Source: Amoeboaphelidium protococcarum X5 (lineage: Eukaryota > Fungi > Aphelidiomycota). Taken from it: DNA of 64,000 nucleotides. This document shows, piece by piece, positions 26,759 through 37,894 of the stretch. Within the stretch, counting starts at the first letter, position 1. Every line of letters begins with the position of its first letter. A program made the translations under genes and the position numbers. The DNA is taken from the NCBI GenBank assembly GCA_023515725.1, contig JALDTO010000247.1, positions 1-64,000 of the forward strand, given 5' to 3'. A model generated the notes under the pieces. It did no database searches and had not been told where the DNA came from. It saw only the letters and a program-made list of their open reading frames with translations.

Positions 26759-29700
26759 TCATAAAATGCCATTGCTGTAATACTAAAAGTTGTCATACAG
26801 CTTTGTAAACATGTTATTGTAACTTGCAAGAATCATTCTATCCACATAATCTTCCACTTGCTTTTCAGTCAATGATAACTAGAAGCGATCTTTCAGCTGC
26901 TGTAATATGACCACAGGATTACCTTGAAAGCACGGAAAGTTGGAATCTTTCATCATCAACTCCACCAAGAGGATGATCTTGTCGGAATGCTTCCTCAGAG
27001 CATTAAATGCCTAATTCATGAGCTACCGGAATTCCAGATACATACGCGAATTGAAACCTCCTAGCAGGTCCACATACTCACTCAACAACTTGAATGGTGC
27101 ACTTTCAAACTACACGTTTCCTGGAGAGTTACCAAACATGAAGCCAAAATCGATGTGCACAATGTGACCATCATTCAGCAGAAGGATATTACCATTGTGT
27201 CGATCTTTAATATTCAAGATATAAGTGACCAAAGAGTATCCCACAAGACTTTGCATAAACTTGCGCTGAGCATCCTTGAACGTCTGAGATGTTATTGCGC
27301 CATAGGTGTTTATGTAATGATCAAAGATTGTATATGGCTTCCCCTTCTGATACAAACCGCCGGCATAAGCATTACGCTTCATCGAGTGCACAGATATAGA
27401 ATTTGGAATAGTTTCAATTAGACCAGTAGAATTAGATGTGATTAGAATGCCATAAAATAGAATGTGAGCATCAACAGCCTCCTCGACCCATATATTCCTC
27501 ACCTCTTTTATCAATTACAGAGCCAGTTACTCCTGCCTGAGATCCGCACCTACTTTCACGATACAAGACAACAATCTCCACTTGGGATGTTGACCATACT
27601 AAGACTGACTTCTCACTCGATTCATTTTACTTTCCCAACTCTCTTTGAACGAGACAGCGGATGGATCATCTTTCAGATTAGCTAATGACTAAATAATCTA
27701 CTCATCCGTGGTGAGAATACTCTCAGTATCAGACATTACAGCCTGAATTGAACCGCGATGATCTAATCCATTACCACCATCTGGACTAATTTAAGTCTGA
27801 TACTATTAAAGTGCCTATTATCGAACTTATTCCAATTGCTGCATCTCTTGCAGAATCTTCTCCTATATTATTTTCTAATCTGCGGGCTTAATAGGAGAGT
27901 TAGGCATAGAGAGCTGGGCCAGCATTATCGCAGCAGTTCTAAGCTTTGGGTAATGATCACTCTCTGGTGTAATGTGAGCAGCAGATCGACTAGACGCCTC
28001 TGCAGCAATGCTAATACGTCTCTCCACCATTGGGCTAACACTATTATCGAATCCATTCTATAGTCTTTCCTACAACACTTCATTCCCAAAATGCAATTAT
28101 TATTCAGATTCATCAAATTTAAACATGTTCTTTGATAACATTTAAACAGGACTCAGCGGAATTAGCTCCTCTTCCTACTGATCTTGCATTAAGTTGCCAT
28201 TAGATTAATTCTATGTAGAAGAAGAACTTAAGGTGGAATGAATCAAATTTGAAGTCCTTCGACTATTAGACTTTGACTACTTTGTACTAACACTATATAG
28301 TTCTTGCAATTCTTCAATATCCAAGTCAGCCTCAATCACTTCAACTAAAATCAAGTACGGTACTCTATCAGCACTATTCAACACCACGCCTTCATCAACG
28401 ACAATTCGCACAATAGAATGATGATATGAGCACTAGCCCTCAACATGACAACACCATAGAGGCAGGCACACCTTGGCTGGTAGATTGTGATTCAACAGGG
28501 CTAACTCGGCTTTCAGAGAACTCTATCTGATCGGTTTAGGCAGTAGAAGCAGACGATCAGCAATTGAATTCAAAGCATAAATAAACTGCAGCTCTGAATG
28601 ATAATAATGCTTGGACTGCGCCAACTTGTTCCTCTGCCACATATGCACCGTCGCTGATGATTATCTTCTCTGCTAGTCCTTAGGCTAATGATTATTCTGC
28701 TAATCTCTGGCAACAAACATCTTGGGTTATGGCTAAGATTAAGAAAGTTAACGTTATAGCTAAGCCTAACTCTATTATTATGCCATGCTTTAAGATGAAG
28801 TGATTACAGCAGACTCAGCGGTCAGCTCAACAACATCATTCACGTTAAGCACTTCCAAATCGTCGAAACTGTTCAAATCTACTTACTTTACTACATGCCG
28901 CGGTCTTTTCAATGCAATTTCCGGACTACTAGTAGATTGTAAAGATAACTTTGTTCGATGCACAAACTACTTGAAAGAGAAAGCATCTCCTTGGTGCAAC
29001 TCTTCCAATGATGGAGAAGACTTGACAACTTTTTATGGCTGTAAAATAGCCTTTTTCACTCGATCTAATAGAAGCAGAGCCTTCTTTCCACTCTAGATAC
29101 TATTTCGTCTAAATTGGCTCTATAAATCATCTTAAGGATTCTGATCTAGTTTTGTATAAGATGAAGACAGGATCTTTTTGCTGCCATTTTTACTCCTTGC
29201 ATTCTTTCCATCGTCCTAGCTGTTACTATGATCAGATAGATTCAAATGTTGCAAAGACTTCATAACATCAATCTGCATTTATCCTTATCTAATGGCCATG
29301 GTCAGTGAACCATGAACTTTAGCTGAATCTGCGGCAGATGCTGCAACCATACTCATCCCGATTATCATTGAAGCAATATTCCCATTAACTTTACGAGATT
29401 ACTTCCCCACACCTTGAATATTTCCATTCTTTAATACCGACAACGATTAATAAGACTATGATTACGGCATATGCACTTAAGATTATTCGTCATTGCTATT
29501 ACCGCCGGCATTGTTCTAAAAACTCAAGTGATTATTACCAACATCATGTTCATCATCATCATCATCATGTGGAGATAGAATGGATAGACACTAGGAATGA
29601 AGTTCGTGACAAATTTACACAGCTTCTAAATTCTTCAACTCCGGAATGTAAGCATCCAAGTACCAATACATGAGAAGGACAAAATGAGTGGATCTATGGC

Positions 29701-30072
29701 AACATTCTATGAGGAAATCCTGAAGCGCAATCGACTTTTACGGATAAAACAGAACCAGATGTCTACAAAGATTCAATGACCACGTCAATAATAATAATAA
29801 TCATAATACTTCTAGATACAAGTGGAATATTTAAACAAACTTACAATAATTGCGGAAGTAGAAATTCAATCTCTTGTACGGGAAACTCTTTCAGTCTATG
29901 GCAGAGATAGAACTACACGCCAATATTGTCAATATGCTTATAAAGACTACACTTACACAAGCATTAGTTGTACCGGGACTGATGATTCGAAACAAAGATA
30001 TACTTACTATGAGACTGCAAGCCATGTAGAGAAGAATTATGACTAGAATAATCGCAAAAGTAGCTGAGACAT
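26759..30072 (-). CDS. PIK1: Phosphatidylinositol 4-kinase III beta (Pik1), introns near the 5' end
   Basis: MSQLLLRLFQSQFF; LNSADRVPYL; VKVGADLRQE; IKDRHNGNILL..GHIVHIDFGF; YDNFQYYSNGIL. Confidence 0.9.
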
Positions 30073-30299
30073 AATGCCGATATGGATGCGACAGAGTTGA
30101 TCCACTTGATTTCTTTCAGTTGCCGCCCGCCCGCCGAAAGAAGAAGAAGAGTGAAACGATTTTGAACGAACGATTGACCGGAAAGTAATTTTCACAACAG
30201 TTGAAGGTGAATCGATCTTATCTCTTGGAGAACGCTATACCTTTAATATTTACCAGAGTATATTTCGAATTCATATGGAGTATATTTTAAAATGATGAT

Positions 30300-30866
30300 T
30301 CAAACCATAGATGTTTTGACACGATCCTTCTCAACGGATTCAGCCTACACCGCCAGCTTTGGATCAGGCAGACAGTACAGCGCGACTTGTGTATGCACGG
30401 TTAGCCAGCGCATTGCGTACAAAGCAATAGTCACAATTAAGAAAAGGGTATTATTAGAGATAAATTGCTTAAGTACAAAATTGTCCAGATAAGTCCAAGA
30501 CACAATACTGAGCACATACCACGTAAAGTCGTTCTCAGACCATTGATTTACAGGCTTGAAACTGAGGTAGACGAAGATGGCATTACCGACCACAAAGATT
30601 GGCACAATTATGAATAAAGCATAGATCAAGCTCTTGGATGTCCATAGAAATGCAGCCATCAGACCGATTACAGGTGCAAATAGCAAGGAGAGGATAAGGT
30701 AGCACGCGACATTGAAGAGTAACATGCCGCGATATGATCCAGTGGCGAATAGAATCAAACCACCCATTGCCATTAAACCGGCTTGTCCAAAAGCCAATAG
30801 AACAGGCCACCACACCAACAAGTCGATTGTATTCTCTGCAAGCAATTGCGCGCCAATATAATCCAT
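30300..30866 (-). CDS. Multi-pass membrane protein of unknown function (paralog A, ~188 aa)
   Basis: Hydrophobic ORF MDYIGAQLL...; clear paralog of 33968-34543 (shared WPV, FAPV, GNA.F.YL, W.YLDN, ALY..RW, LP.P). Confidence 0.7.
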
Positions 30867-31407
30867 ACCGGGCAGGGGTGAATATTATTAAGTTGTCTGA
30901 TTCAAGAGAAAAGGAGTTGTCAAAATTCTCGGCGGCGGCGGGCTTGATTACTTGTGCACTTTTACATTCGCGTGGTTTACTGAGTCAATTACAGTTCGTT
31001 TCAGTAAAATGTCCGATCACGGAAAAGTGTTTTGGGCACAAAAAATAATGACGAAGTTTTAAGCACGATACTTCCCTACAACAGATAGTATTAGAACTCG
31101 TAATGCGAAGCATGCGTGTAATTTGAACAATTATAAGTAACTTATGTGACGTCTGTTTAGATAATGCCGCAAAGTTCTCCATTTCATTCTCCAGTGATGG
31201 AAAGTGCCAATTTCAAAGCCATCGATATTAGATTTAAGTAATCAAGTGATGGATTATAGTAATTAGAATACTTTTCCTATATATTATGTAGTTTTTGACT
31301 TTAGAAATTTTCAAACAGTGCCAAGTAATGAAATTCAATTTCATCGTTACTAAAAGCGGCTCTTACAGCGGCTAGCAAACTCCAATTACTGACTTGTTGA
31401 AAAGGCC

Positions 31408-31414
31408 TATAAAA
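31408..31414 (+). promoter_or_regulatory. TATA box upstream of Fanzor
   Basis: TATAAAA about 70 nt before ATG 31478, followed by a pyrimidine-rich leader. Confidence 0.45.
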
Positions 31415-31477
31415 GCGCCAGACAGTTCACTATTTCTTCTTCCTCTTTCTTATCTAACTTCTCATAGATAAGAAGAT

Positions 31478-33793
31478 ATGGCAAAGAAAGTAACACGTAA
31501 ATGCAAACTAAATACTGTCTTGAATCTTAGCGATGGTGATAAAGAGAGATTGATACCACAGATTCGACTGAGCTCAGTGCACCTCACCTTTGCATCCCGT
31601 CTGATCTATCTCAGTCTTAATGTATGGAATGAAGCCGGCAAGGCACTACCTGAGCTATCTCATTAGCAGTATTTCGCGTCAATGCTGGAGTATCTTTGCA
31701 ACTCTGCGTTTCATCGTGACAATGAACACACACGAATACTGGCTGAAACAATCGCTCCTGAAGTGCGATAGAGATTGAGGCACGAAAGCCTGATTGGTCC
31801 AAATCCTAACCTGTACGTGTTTCAAGCGCGTAAGATTATTTAAGCTATCACCTGGCATCTGACTGAAACTATATGGGTCTACTAGAAGAAGGTGATTAAA
31901 GCTTAAATGGAGGCCTTTAATGTAAAAGGCCGAAGGCTTACCGTGTTTCTATAGCTGCTCAACTCTTTGCTGACTGAAGAAGCTGTTAACACGATCGAAC
32001 ACTTTGGGGGCGAGTACTTGGAGATTAATCCCGCGACTCAGATACATTTGCCTCCTGATTACGAAGCTGGTGAAGATGAGGAGACAATTGCGCAATAAGA
32101 TGCTGCTATTAAGGACGAGTTGCTGCAATTGTTATAAGTTGAAGAAGTTCGGCACTTGGTCTCAATGCATCGTCACCATTTATTGGATATTGTCACCACT
32201 TCTTTTAAAGACAGAGCTCCAAGAAGGAGATACAGTAAAAGAAAAGCATAATCTCCTAGTCAGCTTCATGGACTCATCGGTTTCAAGCGATAGAAATCGG
32301 GTAAGATGAAGTAGCGTGATACCCATCAAACATACCTGCCATCAAGAGCACACCATGCATTTCAGAATTAGGAGGGCTAGAAAGTTTTGGTCCAATATCT
32401 GATGTATTTGCGTTAAACTCTCAAGGAGCTAGGCTTGCCATCATTCAAGATTTTCCCTACTGGTACCGATGTTCCGCGCCACATCTGCTTTGACAATAAA
32501 GTTTTGGCTCAGTGGGGATTTGAACAGTATCGCCTGGGCAATCAGTTGGGGGAGGAGTCGAAAGAGGAGGAGGATCAACGGTAATGTATCCTAAGGCTTA
32601 AAGTTTTGGGTCTTTAACAGCGGATGGCTCAATCTAAAAACGTCAGTGTCAGTATCACCTCTGATGGTTTTGCGTGCTCCGTGTCTGTTTCAGATTAAGG
32701 TGGGAAAGCGTATGCAAATGAAGCTTCAGACCTGCAGAGAAAAGCACGAAGCATTGACGTGTCTCAAGTAATTGTTGGGGCTTTTGCTTTGGAAAACTGT
32801 CGGAATCTCCAACAAAGATTAGATGGCTCTCGATTGATTGGCGTTGACCCTGGTAAGAAGAACGTACTGGTGTGGGGCGACGAAGCGGACGTCGATGGTG
32901 CAATTACGCTAAAAGAAGCCAAGAAGGAGCTAAAAGAAACGGGCCACATATCTGCTGGATACTGGTAACGTCTTGCATTGACTACAGAGTCTGAAGCCCA
33001 TCTGTTGCATATTAAACCAACTGAAATCACGCTGATGGAGTAAGATATGGCCTAATCAAACACTTGCCAGTAGTATCTCGATGTTTACATCAGATATTTT
33101 GAGGACGTCTATGCCTTCTACTCAAGATCATTCCATCGTAATTGGAGATTCCGACGATTTTGCGCGACCAAGTCTGCGTTTGGTAAAGTCATCGACATGA
33201 TGTATGGCAGGCCAAAGCCACCAGTGCCTAAAATCAACGATCGGCGCCGAGGTAAAGCTGCAAAGAAGAGGAAACGCGAACTGCGTAAATCTATTGGCAA
33301 GTTTTCACCTCCAGATAAGCCTCCGGTAATTGCACTTGGTGATGCTGGTGTGAAGCACGTGCGTGGTAATTCTCCTGTTCCGGTGAGAAAATTCGCGTTT
33401 GAATTCAGTCGTCGGGCATTGGTAGTTATAACGCCGGAGTTCCACACTAGCAAGCAGCACTCATTATGTCATGCAGATCTTCAATGGGAGCATGAAGTGG
33501 TGATGAGGTGCCGACACAAGAAGGCAAAGAAGATACTGCCTGGTCGTCGCCGGGCTTAAACTGTCTGCATCAAAGCTGATGGTCCAGAAACCCTATCGTA
33601 CGAATGTCCTGATCGTTTTAACCGAAGAGTCCAATCAAGATTTGGAGTTTGCCCAAACTGCCAAAACACTGGATGTGACGTCTTTGTAGATCGGGACGTT
33701 AATGCTTACAGGAGTATGGCTCAAATAGTCCGCCATTACGCGATGCATGGTAGCAGACCTTAATGGAATTGCCGCGCCGAAAGGCGCGCCTGA
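31478..33793 (+). CDS. Fanzor1-type RNA-guided RuvC endonuclease (eukaryotic TnpB homolog), 771 aa
   Basis: Single uninterrupted frame with TAR=Gln. FKIFP..VPRHICFD; ITSDGFACSV; RuvC-I LIGVDPG (D457); FYSRSFHRNWRF; VIALGDAG; RuvC-II VITPEFHTSK (E654); HSLC..CPNC Zn finger; RuvC-III DRDVNA (D740); terminal GSRP. Confidence 0.9.
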
Positions 33794-33860
33794 TATATAC
33801 AGTAATGTTTGTCGGACAAACCGATGAAATAGACTGTAAATTGTGATTATAAAGCAGTCT
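33771..33860 (+). ncRNA. Candidate Fanzor omegaRNA scaffold (plus guide) overlapping the ORF end
   Basis: CGCGCC-GAAA-GGCGCG hairpin (33773-33788); TACAGT/ACTGTA stem (33798-33838) enclosing GTTTGT-CGG-ACAAAC; AGACTG/CAGTCT stem; position typical of TnpB/Fanzor omegaRNAs. Confidence 0.55.
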
Positions 33861-33967
33861 GCATTTGAGGCTGAAAATAAAAACAGTTATAGTAAAGCAA
33901 TGAATGTCTTAAACCGATTAATAATACTTCATAGAATATTATTTCATATGCGCCTGAAATTTCAAAA

Positions 33968-34543
33968 TCAAGCGGTCACCTGTATAATTTTCAATGGAAC
34001 TTTTTCATCGCGATCAATTTGGGACTTCACGTCAGGCTCAGGCAAGTTTCCGTAATCGTAGAGCTTCTTGTAGACCAGTGCCCATCTGACCACGTATAAC
34101 GCGATAGAAGATGGCAGTAACAGCTACTCAGGTACAAAAGCATTCAATGTGATGTTATCCAAGTAAGACCAGGTGGCAATAGATAAAAAGAACAGAATGA
34201 AATCGCGTTCAATCCATTTATCGACAGGCAATATGCACAAGTACGGAAATACAGCGTTACCCAAGATGAAGCACGGCGATAATAGAAGCACCACTAGATA
34301 GCCTTAGTTCGTAACAATTAGTATGGCGACAATTACAATGAAGACGGGCGCAAATACCAAGCACATTGCCAACGATATCGAACCCAAGACCAAATTTTCG
34401 GCGCGTTTGCTCTTACCACCAGTACTCAAGATGCTGTACCCATATAGCAAGAGGATTACAGCTTAAATAACCGACCCTACAACGGGCCAAACGTACATTG
34501 GGTTAATTTTATTCCCAATAAACTCCACGCTAATATAGTCCAT
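33968..34543 (-). CDS. Multi-pass membrane protein of unknown function (paralog B, ~191 aa)
   Basis: MDYISVEFIGNKINPMYVWPVVG...FAPV...GNAVFPYL...WSYLDN...ALYVVRW...LPEP. Confidence 0.7.
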
Positions 34544-34835
34544 TTCAATTTGTATTTTCAAGTAATCACTTGACTAAACCGGAAAAACAAAGGCGGAGGA
34601 TAAATTGCAAGTGAAGATGTGCACCATACAGCTTTAAGCCACACGACTTCAAAATCTCCCAAGCTTCTCCCCGTTGTAGTCTCATAAGAGCATATGAGCG
34701 CCATAGCTCTTAAAAGACGCACGTAAAAAGACTTTTTTGATATCACTTAATCATTTCAATGGTGACATGAAATATAATCGTTAAGATTTCAATTTTTGAT
34801 GACTATAATATGCATTGTTAGTATAACTTATTCAC

Positions 34836-35966
34836 TCAAAATGTTATGGTAAACTTGCCTGCAGCATCTTTGACGAACACTTGAGATTCGGTAACGATGC
34901 AGTCTATCAGTTCGTGTGGAGTGACATCGAAAGCCGGATTCCAAACGTTGATACTCTTTGGAGCTGTGTTTACTTGCTTCAACTCTCCATCTACACTTAA
35001 ACCAGTTACGTGAGTAAGTTCCCTATGCGGTCTTTCTTCAATCTAAATATCACAACCACTCTTAGTATTGAGATCGACAGTCGTTGACGGAGCCACCACC
35101 ATAAACTTTACTCCGTGATATCTAGCCGCTATCGCGAGTTGATAAGTACCAATTTTGTTCGCAGTGTCCCCATTAGCAGCGATTCTATCAGCACCAACAA
35201 TGATAGCGTCTATTGGTCCGCCAAATTTCTATTGGGCTGTCTGAAGTAAAGAACTCACCATATTGTCACAAATTAAAGTTGGCAGAGGTAAAGAGTCAGT
35301 AACAAGTTCATACGCAGTTAATCGGCTACCTTAATTATAGGGACGCGTCTCAGTACAGAATATCTACTCCAAGTGGCCAAGTTCCTTCAACCGCCTAATG
35401 ACACCCAACGCCGTACCATATCCACCAGTAGCTAAGGATCCTGTATTGCAGTGGGTCAGAACGCGTAATTTTCTTCCGTGCTACTAACGTTGAGAGATCA
35501 GCCAATCTGCGCCACTAACACCCATAGCTTTACAATCTTAGATATCCTTCTCAAACAGATCTATGGCAAACTTCTCGACAAACAAGATCAACTACTAAGC
35601 ATTATTTATAGAAAGATCAGATACTTGAACGCGTAATCTGTTGGCAGCCTCAAATAAGTTAACAGCAGTCGGCCGACTCTAGACAATGTAATCCAAATGT
35701 TACCTAATCTTCTCTAATAATTCAGAGGCATCCACCGCTTGATAATCCTGACGATTTACCTCTACCGCCAAGGACATCATTGCAACTATAGCGATCGCCG
35801 GCGCACCTCTTACTTTCATTGATTTAATTACATCGAATCCATCTTATATCCCATTCACACTAACATAGACAGATTTGTGCGGCAACTGCAATTGATCTAA
35901 AATCCTCAGAGAGTGATGTACCTAGTCATACAATATCGCTTACAACTTATTATTCATTCCTGTCAT
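34836..35966 (-). CDS. MRI1: Methylthioribose-1-phosphate isomerase
   Basis: [10 protein letters not shown]; SRPTAVNL; [18 protein letters not shown]; ETRPYNQGSRLT (Q=TAA); [17 protein letters not shown]. Confidence 0.95.
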
Positions 35967-36116
35967 ATTCCTCAGATTTGACGCGTAATATTTTCGGTTT
36001 GAAGACTCCAAGAGCGAGAGAAAGAGAGAAACGTTTGTTTTAAGAAATTTAATAATTTTTGCTTCTCCTGATCACAAATCTACAGTATTTTACTATTTCT
36101 GAGCAAGTATTCTGTC

Positions 36117-36673
36117 ATGGTTAAAATAAGCACGTAAATTATTATCATTATATATTGTACATAATAATATATAATATACATTGTGTTTGTAGATAGGATA
36201 ACAAGATTATTGATGTTGACCAGAAGGTTGCATGTATGAGTGTCATCGTGAAAGACATGCTTACTGATTTGGGCGACGTGCCAGAGCAGCCGATCCCAAT
36301 TCCAAATGTGAGCTCTGAAGTCTACCAACTGATTCTGGAATGGTGTGAACATCATAAGAATGACACTCCACCGGCTGAAGAAGAGAATGAAGTCAAGTAC
36401 AAGAATAGTGAAGACATTGCAGAGTGGGATAAGCAGTATTTGAAGAAAATTTGCCCAACTGATCAACAGAACGAATTACTGTTTAAAATCATCCTGGCTG
36501 CTAATTACTTGGACATTAAGCCACTGCTTGATCTTGGCTCCAAGTGTGTGGCTAATATGATCAAGGGAAAGACTGCTGAGCAGATTCGCTAAACTTTCGG
36601 TCTAGTCAATGACTTTACTCCGGAAGAGGAGGAGGCTATTCGCAGAGAAAATGCTTGGGCCGACTTTGATTGA
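36117..36673 (+). CDS. SKP1: SCF subunit Skp1, one intron
   Basis: [66 protein letters not shown]. Confidence 0.95.
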
Positions 36674-36805
36674 TTGATTGATTAGTTGGTTGGTTAGATA
36701 TCTATTGAAGTTGCAAATTACTGTGAATTGTAAAAAACGCGTCATAATATAGCATGAGAAATAATTCTGCATTATATATTCACAGTTTCAATCAAATCAC
36801 TAGTA

Positions 36806-37894
36806 TCAATACCAATTCGCAGGACCGCCAGCTGTGACATTATGGTGTTCGCTAGCCTACCTGTTGGGGATGAAACTTTCGGTAATGTTGAATTCCTAAA
36901 TCTTTTTCAACCACTGCGCGTAATCAATTGTCACAAAGTGCTAGATCTTGTTAGCCTCCTTGTTATGAACGTCCAATTCAGCATCAGACTTTCGCGCTTT
37001 AGTTCTACACTACGGCACGCCAAAATCATCCAACTCTACGGCCAGCATATCATCTTTGGCAAGGAACGCGCAATAAAACAGATTCTCCACAGACTGACTA
37101 AAGCTAAGCGGATTAATCACCAGCTCCCAGAAGTTCATAGGCTCATTCATCTTCAGCAAGCCGTAGATGTTCATAATATTCGAAGTGGCTTCAGTCTGGT
37201 TACCAGTCTCGGTTCCATCCCGGTGCACTTCGGCCGCCACCTTCTTCTCGCCCAAATCTCGTTTCACACGCGCTTTCTGAACGCGAACTTTCTTCGTCAA
37301 CGACATGGTGCCGAGCAGGAACGACGCGCGTGGAGCAGTGTGCATCAGCTAGTTGGCCGTTCTGCCAAGCTTTGCAAAGTCGACATCTCGCTCCTCCTCA
37401 ATCATGAAAGCTGCGAGACGGCTGATGAAATCTTGAACGTCAAATTACTGAAACGCCTTCTTCATCGCCTTACTTCTCTTAATTCCGAGATCTGCACTGG
37501 CCGCCAGCAATTTACTGTCCAGTGTAGCCTCATTCGGATTTCTCACCTGGTTATACAGATGGTCTGCAGCATCCAAATTCTTCAATATGTTTCTGGCATT
37601 CATGTGATCTTCGTCATCCACTTACTCGATAAGATTCCGGTAACCAACTCTAATATTACGTCTCTCAGTATCGTCTTACTCTGGATCATAGCGATCTTCA
37701 TCTTCATCAGCTTATTCAATGTCCATTTGGTCTTGCTACTCTCCCGTCTATTTCTGCACTTGAGGCTCAGGCAAGTATTCGTCTTATTGTTCCATATCAT
37801 CATTGTCATCCTGTTCTCTCACAACATGTCTTCGAGAGGATCTCCTTTTAATAGGCTGAGACATTTTCGGCCTTTTCAGCGATGAAGTGGTCAT
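36806..37894 (-). CDS. NSE4: SMC5/6 kleisin subunit Nse4 (~362 aa)
   Basis: NFWELVINPLSFSQSVENLFYCAFLAKD Nse4 C-terminal motif. Confidence 0.85.

Larger units (their letters stand above)
31324..33838 (+). mobile_element. Putative non-autonomous Fanzor-bearing element (boundaries tentative)
   Basis: Intronless Fanzor ORF with no transposase; left hairpin 31324-31351; degenerate inverted match ATTTCATCG (31338-31346) / CGATGAAAT (33822-33830). Confidence 0.4.

Noticed and set aside
33771-33840. Hammerhead ribozyme or Helitron 3' end at the Fanzor terminus
   Set aside because: No CUGANGA/GAAA core in the right stem order, and no CTRR terminus just after the GC hairpin
36842-37885. 347-aa plus-strand ORF in the track, the longest standard-code ORF
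   Set aside because: Antisense shadow of NSE4; no motif. The same applies to 11774-12277 (antisense to RPEL), 22923-23360 (ARF1) and 51857-52366 (MUT)
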